Source: a virus
Taxonomy: Duplodnaviria; Caudoviricetes
Virus record (IMG/VR): IMGVR_UViG_3300007735_000756
Span: 1 to 54,371 of that record
Strand: one strand, 5' to 3'
DNA: 54,371 nt
In this document: in pieces, positions 38,187 through 49,557 of the stretch
How positions within the stretch are numbered: position 1 is the stretch's first letter
Layout: each line of letters opens with the position of its first letter
Position numbers and translations under genes: made by a program
Notes under the pieces: model-generated
What the model was told of the DNA's origin: nothing
The model's database searches: none
What the model saw: only the letters and a program-made list of their open reading frames with translations

Positions 38187-39737
38187 ATGGCAGCAATTAT
38201 AACTGATCAAATTAGAATATTGAATGCCAAGAATTTTGTTGCAGGAGTTACTTCTTCCACAGATTCTTATTATTCATTTATTGGATTGCCGAATGCAACC
38301 GATATTCAATCTGATTGGAACACCACACCGCCAGCACCAAAGGATAATTTTGATGAGGAGAGTAATTATTGGGACACGATGATTGCATTAAAGAAGATAA
38401 ATTCTGGTGATGTGAGGCAAGTTATACAAAAAAGAATTTGGTCTTCCGGTACAACATATGATATGTACCGTCATGACTATAGTAGGTCAAATACAGCGAA
38501 GGTTTCTAGATCAACAAATTTATATTCATCATCATATTACATTTTAAATAGTGATTATAAAGTTTATATTTGTCTTCAGAATGGTATTTCACCAGAAACT
38601 CCAAATGGAAAACCTTCTTTAGATGAACCAACATTTACAGATTTGGAACCAAAATCTGCTGGATCTAGTGGTGATGGGTACGTTTGGAAATATCTGTACA
38701 CGATTAAACCAAGTGATATCGTAAAGTTTGAATCTACAGATTTTATGCCAGTTCCTGCAAATTGGGAAACTAGCACAGAAAATTCCGCAGTCAGGGATAA
38801 TGCGGTTGATGGGTCAATCAAAATTATTACTATTACAAATAGAGGAGTTGGTGTAGGAACTGCAAATAGAACATATACAAGAGTACCAATTAAAGGTGAT
38901 GGAACAGGTGCAGAATGTACTATTATTGTTAATAATGATCAGCAAGTAGATTCTATTACAATTTCAAGTCAAGGATCCGGATATACTTATGGTAATGTTG
39001 ATTTAGTATCTGGAAATACCCCGATAGGGACAACAAGACCTACTTTTGATGTAATTATTCCACCTCAAGGAGGTCACGGAAAAGATATTTATAGAGAACT
39101 TGGTGCATATAATGTACTTCTATATTCAAGAATGGAAAATGATGTGGAAAATCCAGATTTTATTACTGGAAATCAGATATCTAGAGTTGGAATTGTAAGA
39201 AATCCATTAACTTATGCATCTTCACAATCATTAAGTTTAGATAAAGCAAGTGCAGTTTCTGCAATTAGATTAACAGGAATCGGTTATAGTTCTGCATCTT
39301 TTACTGCTGATTCATTCGTTACACAGACTGTGAGCACAGGGGTGACTGCTGTTGGAAGAGTAGTTAGTTATGATCAAAATACTGGTGTTTTAAAATATTG
39401 GCAAGACAGAACTCTTGCTGGGTTTAATACTGTTGGTACTGCACAATCAAGTCCACAGTATGGATTTGATCTAACAGAATTTACTAGTTCCCCATCAACT
39501 GGAGGAAGTTTAACAATTCTTGGTGGTAGTGTTAGTTTATCAATCAATTCAACCTTTACCGGTATATCAACCTCAATAAATAATAGAACATATTACTTGG
39601 GTCAATCTTTTACAAATGGTCTTTCCAGTCCAGAAGTTAAGAAATATAGTGGCAGCGTAATTTACGTAGATAATAGACCATCCATTACAAGATCATCAAA
39701 CCAAAAAGAAGATATCAAAGTCATTTTGCAGTTCTAA
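38187..39737 (+). CDS. gp8: Baseplate wedge subunit gp8
   Basis: MAAIITDQIRILNA, YKVYICL.N, DGYVWKYLY; late promoter GATAAATA at 38162. Confidence 0.92.
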   Translation: MAAIITDQIRILNAKNFVAGVTSSTDSYYSFIGLPNATDIQSDWNTTPPAPKDNFDEESNYWDTMIALKKINSGDVRQVIQKRIWSSGTTYDMYRHDYSRSNTAKVSRSTNLYSSSYYILNSDYKVYICLQNGISPETPNGKPSLDEPTFTDLEPKSAGSSGDGYVWKYLYTIKPSDIVKFESTDFMPVPANWETSTENSAVRDNAVDGSIKIITITNRGVGVGTANRTYTRVPIKGDGTGAECTIIVNNDQQVDSITISSQGSGYTYGNVDLVSGNTPIGTTRPTFDVIIPPQGGHGKDIYRELGAYNVLLYSRMENDVENPDFITGNQISRVGIVRNPLTYASSQSLSLDKASAVSAIRLTGIGYSSASFTADSFVTQTVSTGVTAVGRVVSYDQNTGVLKYWQDRTLAGFNTVGTAQSSPQYGFDLTEFTSSPSTGGSLTILGGSVSLSINSTFTGISTSINNRTYYLGQSFTNGLSSPEVKKYSGSVIYVDNRPSITRSSNQKEDIKVILQF

Positions 39738-39743
39738 AGAATT

Positions 39744-42700
39744 ATGTCTCAACAAACTAACCTCAACGTATCACCATATTTTGACGATTTTGATGCGAAT
39801 AATGACTACTACAAAGTTCTGTTTAAACCTGGATCTCCTGTCCAAGCAAGAGAATTAATAACTTTACAATCTATTCTGCAAAATCAAATTGAGAAGTTTG
39901 GGCAACATTTCTTTAAAGAAGGTGCTAAAGTTATTCCAGGTAATACTGCATACAATGCACTATATTATGCAGTAGAATTGTCTAATAGTTATCTTGGGGT
40001 TCCTTTATCTGCTTACATAAGTCAAGTTGTAGGTTCAAAAATTACAGGACAAACTTCTGGAGTTACTGCAGTAGTTGAAAAAGTATTGCCTTCAAATGAA
40101 TCGGAAAGAGGAAATGTAACTTTATATGTGAGGTACGTTGGTAGTAGTACGCAAAATAATTCATCTCAACAATTTTCTGACGGAGAAACATTAACATCAA
40201 ATATATCAATTAGTTCCGGACTTATTGGTAATAGTTCAATAAATCCAGGATCACCATTTGGTATTACTATTGCAAATAATTCAACTTCTGTTGCATCAGC
40301 ATTTTCAATTACTCAAGGTATATATTTTATTCGTGGGCAATTTGTAAGTGTAGATAGTGAGACATTGATTTTAGATCAATATAGTAATAAATCAAGTTAT
40401 AGAATTGGATTGTTTGTTAATGAGCAAATTGTTAATTCTGACCAAGATCAAGGATTGAATGATAATTCTCAGGGATTTAACAATTATTCAGCACCAGGTG
40501 CAGACAGATTAAAAATTTCAGTTTCATTATTCAAAAAAAGTTTAGATGATTTTGGTGATAATAATTTCGTAGAGTTGGCAACTGTTAAAAATGGCATTCT
40601 ATCTTCTCAAGTAAAGACAACTGCATATAGTACAATTACTGATGAATTGGCAAGAAGAACATATGCAGAATCTGGAGATTATTATGTAACTCCTTTTGAT
40701 GTTTCTGTAAAAAATTCTTTAGATGATGGTCTAGGTAGTCGTGGTATTTTTAATGCGGGTCAGTTTACATATGGCGGATCAACTCCATCAGATGATTTGA
40801 CAGTTTATCAAGTATCTCCAGGAAAAGCATTTGTAAGGGGATATGAAATTGAAACTATTAGTCCCACATTTTTAGATTCACCAAAACCAAGAACAACTAA
40901 AACTTTAGAAAATTATTCAGTAAACTACAATACGGGACCCACATTAAAATTAAACAGAGTTTATGGTTCACCGATTATTGGAATTGGTAATACTTATACA
41001 CTAAGTTTGAGAAGTGAAAGAGTTGGAATTGCTTCTGATGTAGCACCAGGAAAAGAAATTGGTGTATCTAGAGTTTATGATTTTAAATTAGAATCTGGGT
41101 CATACAATTCTACAAATTTAAACTTGAATCAGTGGAATATTTCTCTCTATGATATTCAGACAACAACAGAGGTGACTTTAAATGAAGCGACAACTCTTAC
41201 AATTCCCACCTTTGTAAAGGGAAATTCAAGTGGAGCAACGGCATTTTTAAAGGACTCTGTTTCAAATTCAAAATCTTTAATTTTATATGAAAAAAATGGA
41301 GATTTTATACCAAACGAATCCTTCAGTTTTAATGGAATTAGTAATGGAAGAGTTGCTATTGCAGTAAAATCATATGGAATTTCTGATATTAAATCTGTTT
41401 ATGGAATTGTGGGATCTGGATCAACTTTTAGTGCAGATACGATTCAATCTGTTGGAGTTCCTGTTGGTCTTGCAAATATTACTCCAGTAACATATGTTGA
41501 TTCTCCCATTTTAAACACCACACTAACATCAACTGTTGGTGTCGGATCAACACAAATTTTTCTAGATAACGTTACCGGGGTTTCTGTAGGCAGTTCTATA
41601 TCTACAGTCAATTCTCTTTACGGAGCAGGTATTGCTCTAACAACAGTTTATGTTACCGGAATTAATACAAATTCAATTTTTATTGGTGCAGCATCAACAG
41701 CAGGAGTAGGAACTACATCTACCACTCTTAGATCAAATATTGGTATTGGATCAACAACGATTTATTTGAGTCAAGTATCACCAGCACTCACTCTACAATC
41801 TCTAATTACGGTTTCACCATCAATATCTAATGTAGCAATTACAGGAATTGGAAGCACATATGTCACAATTTCTCCAGGGTCAGTATCAAATGCCACTCTA
41901 AGTCTTTTAATCAATAATCCAGTTAGTGCTGGAGCAACACAACTTTTTGTTTCAAGCGTAGCAGGAGTTTCTGCAGGAAGTTCTTTTAATCTAGTAAGAC
42001 CAAATTTAGTTACGAATATTACCTCAGGACAAACTGTTGGTATAGGATCAACACAAATTTTCGTCACAAGTCTTTCTGGAGTTGCTATAGGAAACTCCAT
42101 TAGTGTTGGGGCAGCAATCACTAATGCACCGATTGTCTCTGTCGGTACAACATCAGTCTTTATTGGATCAGCAAATACCTCACCAACCACATTAACTGCA
42201 GGAACAGCAGTAACATTTTCACTTATAAATTATAGAATACCTGTTGTTAGTATTGGTATTGGATCAACTTCATTATTCATTGGAACTGCAAGTACAATAT
42301 CATCTACAATTGGTATTGGATCTACACTGGCATTCACAAATGTTTCGTCAATGGTTGTCGGAACTGCAGTTTCATTCTCCAATGTATCCACTCTTGTTGC
42401 TGGTGCTGCGGTAAGTTTTACAAATCCACTATACACAAGTACAGTTACATCACCAAATACAATATTCCCTGGAACTTTAGTTCAAAAAGACAACGTAATT
42501 TCATATTCAAATACAAATTCTATAGATCCATTTTATGGTAAGGTTGTTTCTGTTGGATCAACATTCATAACTATTGGTGGATACAAACTTCCAAACATTG
42601 CGATTGGAATTGCAACAGTTTCTGGAATATGTGATGGAGCACTACCAACTACAACATTATCTGTCACAGATTTTAAAATTCTAACAACAAATTTAGAAAC

Positions 42701-45700
42701 TTCAATAGATAATACCCTTTATACAAAACTACCCAAAAATAATATTTCTTCCGTTGACTTAAATAATGCATCTTTGGTAATAAGAAAGAAATTTACTGTT
42801 AATATTTCAGGAAATCAACTGTCAACCCCAGCAGTTGCTGGAACAAACGAAACATTTTTACCATTTGATACTGGAAGATATTCTTTAATTAGATCTGATG
42901 GAACAACTGAGGTATTGACTGCAGATAAGTTCTCATTTATAAGTGGATCTAGTCAGTTACAAATTTATAACTTAGGTTCAAATAATACTGGAGCAACTTT
43001 AATTGCAACTTTGACCAAAATTAAACCAAAATCTAAAATAAAAAGAAAAAATAGGATCAATTCAATTCTGATTGATAAGTCAATTCATTCATCTTCAGGA
43101 ATTGGTTCTACTACCCTTAATGATGGATTATCATATGGAAATTATCCATATGGTACAAGAGTTCAAGACCAAATCATTTCTTTAAATGTTTCTGATATTA
43201 TTGAAGTCCACGCAATTTATGAATCTCTTGATACTACGGATCCATCATCCCCTACTGCAGTATTATCTTCAATTAATGGACCTTCAACAAAAACAAGTGA
43301 TTTAATTATTGGAGAGAAATTTACAGGTCAAACAAGTGGGGCAATTGGAATCTGTGCCGAAAGACTTACAGATTCTCAAATTGCATTTGTCTCAAAAAAT
43401 AATAACAGTTTCAAAGAAGGTGAGACTATTATATTTGAAGAATCTAAAGTAAGTGCAGTCATTGTAATATTAAATTCATCAAGTTTAAATGTTTCATCCA
43501 ATTTTACATTTACAAATGGACAAAATGGGTCATTCTATAACTATGGATTCTTAACAAGAAAATCTGATGTTGAAGAAATCACCAAAAAACTAAAAGTATA
43601 TTTTTCAAATGGATATTATGAATCTTCTGATGATGGTGACATTACCACAATCAACTCATATAGCACTTTTGATTATGGAAAGGAAATACAGACTGTTAAT
43701 GGTGTAAGAAATTCTGATATTATTGATATCAGACCAAAAACCAGTGATTATTCAGTAACAGAAGGGTCAAGATCTCCTTTAGAATTTTATGGTAGATCTT
43801 TCAATGGGTCTGGCAATTCTGCCACAAACATTCTTGCTTCCGATGAATCAATTTTAACTTCGTTTTCATTCTATCTTGGAAGAATAGATAGAATTTATTT
43901 GACTAAAGATGGAAAAATGCAAGTTAAGTATGGAACTCCATCAGAAAAATTTGAAAAACCAGTTTCTGTTGATGATGCACTAGAAATTGCAACTATAACA
44001 CTTCCACCATACCTTTACAACGTATCACAGGCTTCCATAGAATTTTTGGAACGTAAAAGATATAGAATGGTAGATATTAAACAACTTGAGAATAGAATTA
44101 AGAGCATTGAATACTACACAACATTATCACTTTTAGAAACTAGTACTGCAAATCTATTTGTTTCAGATTCAGATGGTCTCAATAGATTCAAATCGGGTTT
44201 CTTTGTGGATAATTTCACATCACTTCTTGCCCAAGAAAATAGTATTGAATTTAAAAATAGTATCGATCTTCAGAATAAAGAGATTAGACCTCAACATTAT
44301 ACAAATTCAATTGATCTAATTACCGGTCCGGTTGTAGGTATCGATCCAACAGATGATCTACAATTTTCTCCAGTTGAAGGTATTAATGTTCGCAAAACTG
44401 GCAATATTGTCACTTTAGATTATGCTGAGATTGAATGGATTAAACAAGTTTTTGCAACAAGGTCGGAAAGTGTCACTCCATTCCCAGTCAGTTTCTGGCA
44501 AGGAACATTAGATCTTACACCAGCATCCGATACTTGGGTAGATACGACTAAGATTAGTGCCAAGATTATTAATATTGAAGGAAATTATGCTCAAACAATG
44601 GCAGATGCAGTTAAAACCCTAAATGTCGATCCACAAACTGGTTTTACTCCCACTATTTGGGGTACTTGGCAAGATAATTGGATTGGTAAAGAGGTTTCAT
44701 CTACCTTAACAAATCAAAGGACAGTAACAACTGGTGGTGATTGGCAAGGTACTACTGGTGGTGGATCTATAGCACGATATGATACACAAACTACTACAGT
44801 ATATGAAGATAAATTCATAGAGACTTATAAGGTGGGAACCTCTGAAAGGAGTGGTACTGCAAAACAAGTTATTGAAGTTTTAGATCAGACTTCTGTTGGT
44901 GATAAAGTTGTAAGCAGAAATTTGATTACAAATATGAGATCAAGAAACATTCAATTTGTTTCTAAAAAAGTCAAACCACTCACACAACTTTATGCTTTCT
45001 TTGATGGAAAAGATGTAACAAAATACTGTGTTCCAAAATTACTACAAATTAGAATGATCTCCGGAGTTTTTACGGTCGGAGAAAAGGTAATCGGAAAAAC
45101 TCAACAAACTGGACTTGGACCAAATACAAATCCTTCTAGTGCGGCTAGTATATCTTTTAGAGTTGCTCAATCAAATCATAAAGAAGGTCCATATAATTCT
45201 GCAATTTTAACCTTCCAATACAGTCCATATAATGGGCAGAGTTTGCAATCAATTTACTCTTCAACATCAAATATTTTGAATGTTGATATATTTTCTCTCT
45301 CAAACTTAACACAGGGTGGATATAGTGGGTATGTTGAAAGTGGAATGACTTTAATTGGTGAGACAAGTGGTGCTCAAGCATCAATTACTGAAGTTAAACT
45401 TATTTCGGATTTATCTGCAACATTAATTGGAAGTTTGTTTATTCCAGATTCAACTAGTAACATTCATCCAAAATTTGAAACTGGAACTAAATCCTTTACT
45501 CTTATTAACAATAACTTAAACGATCAAAATTCTGCTACAACAATTGCTAGAGAACAATTTATTTCAAGTGGAACATTAGAAACTGTTCAGGATAATATTA
45601 TTTCTGTTAGAAATGCAAAAATTGCTGATAAACAGGTATTTGACAGTAAAGCAATAAAGCAAACAGTTGGAACTCAAGTAATTTCCACAACTCAAGTAGG

Positions 45701-48170
45701 ATCATCATCATCTAAACAAGTTCTTGTTGGTTGGTATGATCCTCTTGCACAATCATTTTTAGTTGAAGATGAGACTGGTGTTTTCCTAACCAGATGTGAT
45801 GTTTTCTTTAGAAGTAAGGATGATGGTGATACTCCAGTCACGTTCCAATTGAGAACAATGCAAAATGGATTCCCAACACAAAAGATTCTTCCATTCTCTG
45901 AAATTACTTTAAATCAAGAAGATGTTAAAACTTCTACCGATGGATCTGTTGCAACATCCTTTACATTTGATTCTCCAGTTTATGTGGAAGGTGGTAAAGA
46001 TTATTGTGTATGTCTTGCATCAAACTCAACAAAATATAGCGTATATATTTCAAGAATTGGTGAAAATGATCTTCTTACTCAAGCATATATTTCAAATCAA
46101 CCAACTCTTGGTTCATTATTCAAATCACAAAATGCTTCTACTTGGGAAGCGAGTCAATGGGAAGATCTCAAATTTACTCTTTATAGAGCAGATTTCTTAA
46201 CTTCAGGAACTGTTGAATTTTATAATCCAGAATTGACAGAAGGAAACCATCAAATAGCAAATTTGATGCCAAATTCTTTAAATACAAACTCAAGAAGAGT
46301 TAGAATTGGAATTGGTTCAACCCTAATTGATTCAGGATTAACTTTTGGAAATACTGTTCTGCAGTACAATACAAATGCATCTGGAAACTATGTTGATAGT
46401 GCTGGTATTGCTACCGGAAGTTTAAGTATCAATAATTCCGGTATTGGATATACTCCATCTTCAGGATCGTATACATTCACTAATACTTCATTAACAACTA
46501 TTACTGGAAATGGTAGAAATGCGACAGCAAATATTACTGTCAGTAATGGTGTAGCAATTGCTGCGACTATTGTAAATGGTGGTATTGGATATAAAGTTGG
46601 TGATGTTTTAGGAATCACTACAATTGGATCCTCTTCTGTTGGATCCAATGCAAGATTGTCTGTAGGAATTATTACTGGTATCAATGAATTGATTTTAGAT
46701 AATGTTCAGGGTGATTTTTCCGTTGGTGCTGCAAATACTATTAGATATGTCAATAGTGCAGGAATTACTACAAATTTAAACCAATCTTCCGGTGGAAATG
46801 TTGCTGCAACACAAATTATCGTAGAAAGTGATGGATTGCATATCAAAATCAATCACAAAAATCACGGAATGTATTTCAGTGAAAATTTTGTTAATGTATC
46901 TGGAGTTGAATCTGATATTACACCAACAAAATTAAGTCTTGCATATGACTCAAATTCAACTTCAGCAATTTCTGTAGAAAGTGTTTCAAATCTCAATACT
47001 TTTGAGGGTGTTGGTGTTGGTACAACCAATCTTGGATATATTTTAATTGGAGATGAAGTAATTTCATATACTTCCGTTTCCGGTTCAACGATTGGTGGAG
47101 TTATTGTGAGAGGAACAAATCCCAAAAATTATGCAGTAGGAACTCCAGTTTACAAGTATGAATTGGCAGGTGTCTCTTTAAAGAGAATTAATACAACACA
47201 TAATCTTGAGAATGTATCCGTATCGAATCCTATTACATTCGATTCCTACAATATCAAACTTGATATGTCAACAAATGGTACTGATAGATCTGTAGGAACC
47301 GGTTTCCCCAAATTATATCAGAATAAAACAAAATCAACTGGTGGTTATAACATTAAGGCAACTCAAAATATGCCTTTTGAATTAGTTACTCCGATGGTGC
47401 ATAATCTCACTGTTCAAGGAACTAATTTAACTGGTGAGATGAGAACAATAACTGGACAGAGTATAAGTGGAAATGAAATTCCATATGTTGATACTGGGTA
47501 CGAATCAATTACATTGAATAAAACAAATTATCTTGATAGCACAAGAATAATTGCATCTAAAGTGAATGAATCTGCAAAATTATCAAATCTAACTGGAAAT
47601 AAATCTCTGAATATGAGACTCACAATGAGTACAGTTGATAGTAAATTGACGCCAGTTATTGATACACAAAGAATCAATTTGATAACAACATCAAATAGAG
47701 TAAATAGTGTAATCACAAATTATGCAACTGATAGTAGAGTTAATAGTATCTCAGAGGATCCAACTGCATTCCAGTATATTTCCAAAGAAATTTTATTGGA
47801 AAATTCATCTTCATCAATTTTAATTCTACTAAGTGCTAATATCAATACATATTCAGATATTCGTGCTTTCTACACAACCTCACAAAATCAAAACTTTACT
47901 CCAATTTTTGTTCCATTTCCTGGTTACAACAATTTAGATGCTAAAAATCAAATTATAACCCCAGAAAATAATGATGGAAATTCTGATACTTTCATCAGTC
48001 CTTCATCACATTTGGCATTCTTACCACAAGAGTTGGAGTATAAAGAATATTCATTTAGTATTGATAACTTATCACCATTCAGATCATATAGAATTAAAAT
48101 TATAATGACATCAACAAATCAAGTGTATCCACCAAGATTCAAAGATCTTAGAGTTATTACACTTGCATAA
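39744..48170 (+). CDS. Large virion structural protein (DUF4815/VrlC-like)
   Basis: NLNVSPYFDDF, QAREL..LQS, APGADR, DPLAQSF, GSLFKSQN. Confidence 0.85.
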   Translation: MSQQTNLNVSPYFDDFDANNDYYKVLFKPGSPVQARELITLQSILQNQIEKFGQHFFKEGAKVIPGNTAYNALYYAVELSNSYLGVPLSAYISQVVGSKITGQTSGVTAVVEKVLPSNESERGNVTLYVRYVGSSTQNNSSQQFSDGETLTSNISISSGLIGNSSINPGSPFGITIANNSTSVASAFSITQGIYFIRGQFVSVDSETLILDQYSNKSSYRIGLFVNEQIVNSDQDQGLNDNSQGFNNYSAPGADRLKISVSLFKKSLDDFGDNNFVELATVKNGILSSQVKTTAYSTITDELARRTYAESGDYYVTPFDVSVKNSLDDGLGSRGIFNAGQFTYGGSTPSDDLTVYQVSPGKAFVRGYEIETISPTFLDSPKPRTTKTLENYSVNYNTGPTLKLNRVYGSPIIGIGNTYTLSLRSERVGIASDVAPGKEIGVSRVYDFKLESGSYNSTNLNLNQWNISLYDIQTTTEVTLNEATTLTIPTFVKGNSSGATAFLKDSVSNSKSLILYEKNGDFIPNESFSFNGISNGRVAIAVKSYGISDIKSVYGIVGSGSTFSADTIQSVGVPVGLANITPVTYVDSPILNTTLTSTVGVGSTQIFLDNVTGVSVGSSISTVNSLYGAGIALTTVYVTGINTNSIFIGAASTAGVGTTSTTLRSNIGIGSTTIYLSQVSPALTLQSLITVSPSISNVAITGIGSTYVTISPGSVSNATLSLLINNPVSAGATQLFVSSVAGVSAGSSFNLVRPNLVTNITSGQTVGIGSTQIFVTSLSGVAIGNSISVGAAITNAPIVSVGTTSVFIGSANTSPTTLTAGTAVTFSLINYRIPVVSIGIGSTSLFIGTASTISSTIGIGSTLAFTNVSSMVVGTAVSFSNVSTLVAGAAVSFTNPLYTSTVTSPNTIFPGTLVQKDNVISYSNTNSIDPFYGKVVSVGSTFITIGGYKLPNIAIGIATVSGICDGALPTTTLSVTDFKILTTNLETSIDNTLYTKLPKNNISSVDLNNASLVIRKKFTVNISGNQLSTPAVAGTNETFLPFDTGRYSLIRSDGTTEVLTADKFSFISGSSQLQIYNLGSNNTGATLIATLTKIKPKSKIKRKNRINSILIDKSIHSSSGIGSTTLNDGLSYGNYPYGTRVQDQIISLNVSDIIEVHAIYESLDTTDPSSPTAVLSSINGPSTKTSDLIIGEKFTGQTSGAIGICAERLTDSQIAFVSKNNNSFKEGETIIFEESKVSAVIVILNSSSLNVSSNFTFTNGQNGSFYNYGFLTRKSDVEEITKKLKVYFSNGYYESSDDGDITTINSYSTFDYGKEIQTVNGVRNSDIIDIRPKTSDYSVTEGSRSPLEFYGRSFNGSGNSATNILASDESILTSFSFYLGRIDRIYLTKDGKMQVKYGTPSEKFEKPVSVDDALEIATITLPPYLYNVSQASIEFLERKRYRMVDIKQLENRIKSIEYYTTLSLLETSTANLFVSDSDGLNRFKSGFFVDNFTSLLAQENSIEFKNSIDLQNKEIRPQHYTNSIDLITGPVVGIDPTDDLQFSPVEGINVRKTGNIVTLDYAEIEWIKQVFATRSESVTPFPVSFWQGTLDLTPASDTWVDTTKISAKIINIEGNYAQTMADAVKTLNVDPQTGFTPTIWGTWQDNWIGKEVSSTLTNQRTVTTGGDWQGTTGGGSIARYDTQTTTVYEDKFIETYKVGTSERSGTAKQVIEVLDQTSVGDKVVSRNLITNMRSRNIQFVSKKVKPLTQLYAFFDGKDVTKYCVPKLLQIRMISGVFTVGEKVIGKTQQTGLGPNTNPSSAASISFRVAQSNHKEGPYNSAILTFQYSPYNGQSLQSIYSSTSNILNVDIFSLSNLTQGGYSGYVESGMTLIGETSGAQASITEVKLISDLSATLIGSLFIPDSTSNIHPKFETGTKSFTLINNNLNDQNSATTIAREQFISSGTLETVQDNIISVRNAKIADKQVFDSKAIKQTVGTQVISTTQVGSSSSKQVLVGWYDPLAQSFLVEDETGVFLTRCDVFFRSKDDGDTPVTFQLRTMQNGFPTQKILPFSEITLNQEDVKTSTDGSVATSFTFDSPVYVEGGKDYCVCLASNSTKYSVYISRIGENDLLTQAYISNQPTLGSLFKSQNASTWEASQWEDLKFTLYRADFLTSGTVEFYNPELTEGNHQIANLMPNSLNTNSRRVRIGIGSTLIDSGLTFGNTVLQYNTNASGNYVDSAGIATGSLSINNSGIGYTPSSGSYTFTNTSLTTITGNGRNATANITVSNGVAIAATIVNGGIGYKVGDVLGITTIGSSSVGSNARLSVGIITGINELILDNVQGDFSVGAANTIRYVNSAGITTNLNQSSGGNVAATQIIVESDGLHIKINHKNHGMYFSENFVNVSGVESDITPTKLSLAYDSNSTSAISVESVSNLNTFEGVGVGTTNLGYILIGDEVISYTSVSGSTIGGVIVRGTNPKNYAVGTPVYKYELAGVSLKRINTTHNLENVSVSNPITFDSYNIKLDMSTNGTDRSVGTGFPKLYQNKTKSTGGYNIKATQNMPFELVTPMVHNLTVQGTNLTGEMRTITGQSISGNEIPYVDTGYESITLNKTNYLDSTRIIASKVNESAKLSNLTGNKSLNMRLTMSTVDSKLTPVIDTQRINLITTSNRVNSVITNYATDSRVNSISEDPTAFQYISKEILLENSSSSILILLSANINTYSDIRAFYTTSQNQNFTPIFVPFPGYNNLDAKNQIITPENNDGNSDTFISPSSHLAFLPQELEYKEYSFSIDNLSPFRSYRIKIIMTSTNQVYPPRFKDLRVITLA

Positions 48171-48171
48171 T

Positions 48172-48568
48172 ATGAGTTATCTTAAGGTTGAGGGTCACTC
48201 AAATTTAATGAGAGACCCTCATACAAATTCAATTATTAATACTAGTATGTCAGAATATCAAGAATATATTACAAGAAGAGATTCAAAAAGTGAAAAGAAT
48301 CAAAAGATACAAAATCTTGAATCTGATGTTGCTAATATAAAAAGTGATATCAATGAAATAAAGTCGTTACTCCGGAGTTTAGTTAATGGATCCTGATAAA
48401 ATTAAAATTGAAAGTCTGAGCAAAAGTTTTGAATACTTTAAAATATCTTCAGAAATAGATAATATACACGATATTGAACTCGTTAAAAATGTTGCAAAAT
48501 GTTATTTTAAACTTTATTTAAAACAACAAGAAGTATTATCGTCTATAGAAGCTCCAAGTATTAAATGA
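48172..48568 (+). CDS. Two small proteins (48172-48396 coiled-coil; 48386-48568)
   Basis: KVEGHSNL.RD..T..IIN plus heptads; overlapping ORFs. Confidence 0.7.
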
Positions 48569-48704
48569 AAATATAAAGTTTAATATAGATTCTGAATTTT
48601 AGTTAGTTGTGGTTCTACTGTTTATCTAATATTGAATTAAAATATTCTAATTATATAACCACAATCTACTCATATCCCTAAATATCTTGAGATGTATTAA
48701 ATAA

Positions 48705-49553
48705 ATGGCGCAACCATCTACCAGGCAGGAATTGATAAATTACTGTAAAAGAAAACTGGGTGCGCCAGTTTTAGAAATCAACGTAGCTGATGAGCAGATT
48801 GATGATTTAGTTGATGATGCAGTTCAATTTTTCCAAGAACGTCATTTTGATGGAGTTTATCCAACATTTTTTAAATATAAAATTACACAGGATGATATTA
48901 ATAGGGGAAGAGCAAGAGGTAATAATAATTCAAGCGTTGGAATTGTAACAACGAGTGTAACCACTAGTATCGTAGGTACTGCGACAACATTTAATTATGA
49001 GGAAAATAGTAATTATCTACAGGTACCTCCCGGAATAGTTGGAGTAACAAAAATATTCCAATATGATAGTGCAAATACTATCAGTCATGGTATGTTTAGT
49101 GTAAAGTATCAGTTATTCTTGAATGATGTTTACTATTGGGGAACAACAGAACTTTTGTCATATGCAATGGTAAAAACTTATCTTGAAGATTTGGACTTTT
49201 TATTGAACACTCAAAAGCAAATTCGTTTTAATAAAAGACAGGATAGACTTTATCTTGATATTGATTGGGGAGCAATAAGCACGGACACTTATATCATTCT
49301 TGATTGTTATGCAGTTTTAGATCCAAATGACTATAGTAGAGTGTGGAATGATTCATTTATTAAACCATATTTAACATCATTAATTAAACGTCAGTGGGGG
49401 CAAAATATGATGAAATTCACTGGTGTTAAACTACCTGGTGGTGTAGAACTCAATGGTCGTCAAATGTACGATGATGCTCAAAGAGAAATTGATATTTTAA
49501 TGGAAAAAATGTCCAATACTTATGAGCTTCCACCTTACGACATGATTGGTTAA
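48705..49553 (+). CDS. gp13: Neck protein gp13
   Basis: RKLGAPVLEINV, QWGQN..KF.G..LPGGV.LNG. Confidence 0.95.
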   Translation: MAQPSTRQELINYCKRKLGAPVLEINVADEQIDDLVDDAVQFFQERHFDGVYPTFFKYKITQDDINRGRARGNNNSSVGIVTTSVTTSIVGTATTFNYEENSNYLQVPPGIVGVTKIFQYDSANTISHGMFSVKYQLFLNDVYYWGTTELLSYAMVKTYLEDLDFLLNTQKQIRFNKRQDRLYLDIDWGAISTDTYIILDCYAVLDPNDYSRVWNDSFIKPYLTSLIKRQWGQNMMKFTGVKLPGGVELNGRQMYDDAQREIDILMEKMSNTYELPPYDMIG

Positions 49554-49557
49554 TCTT

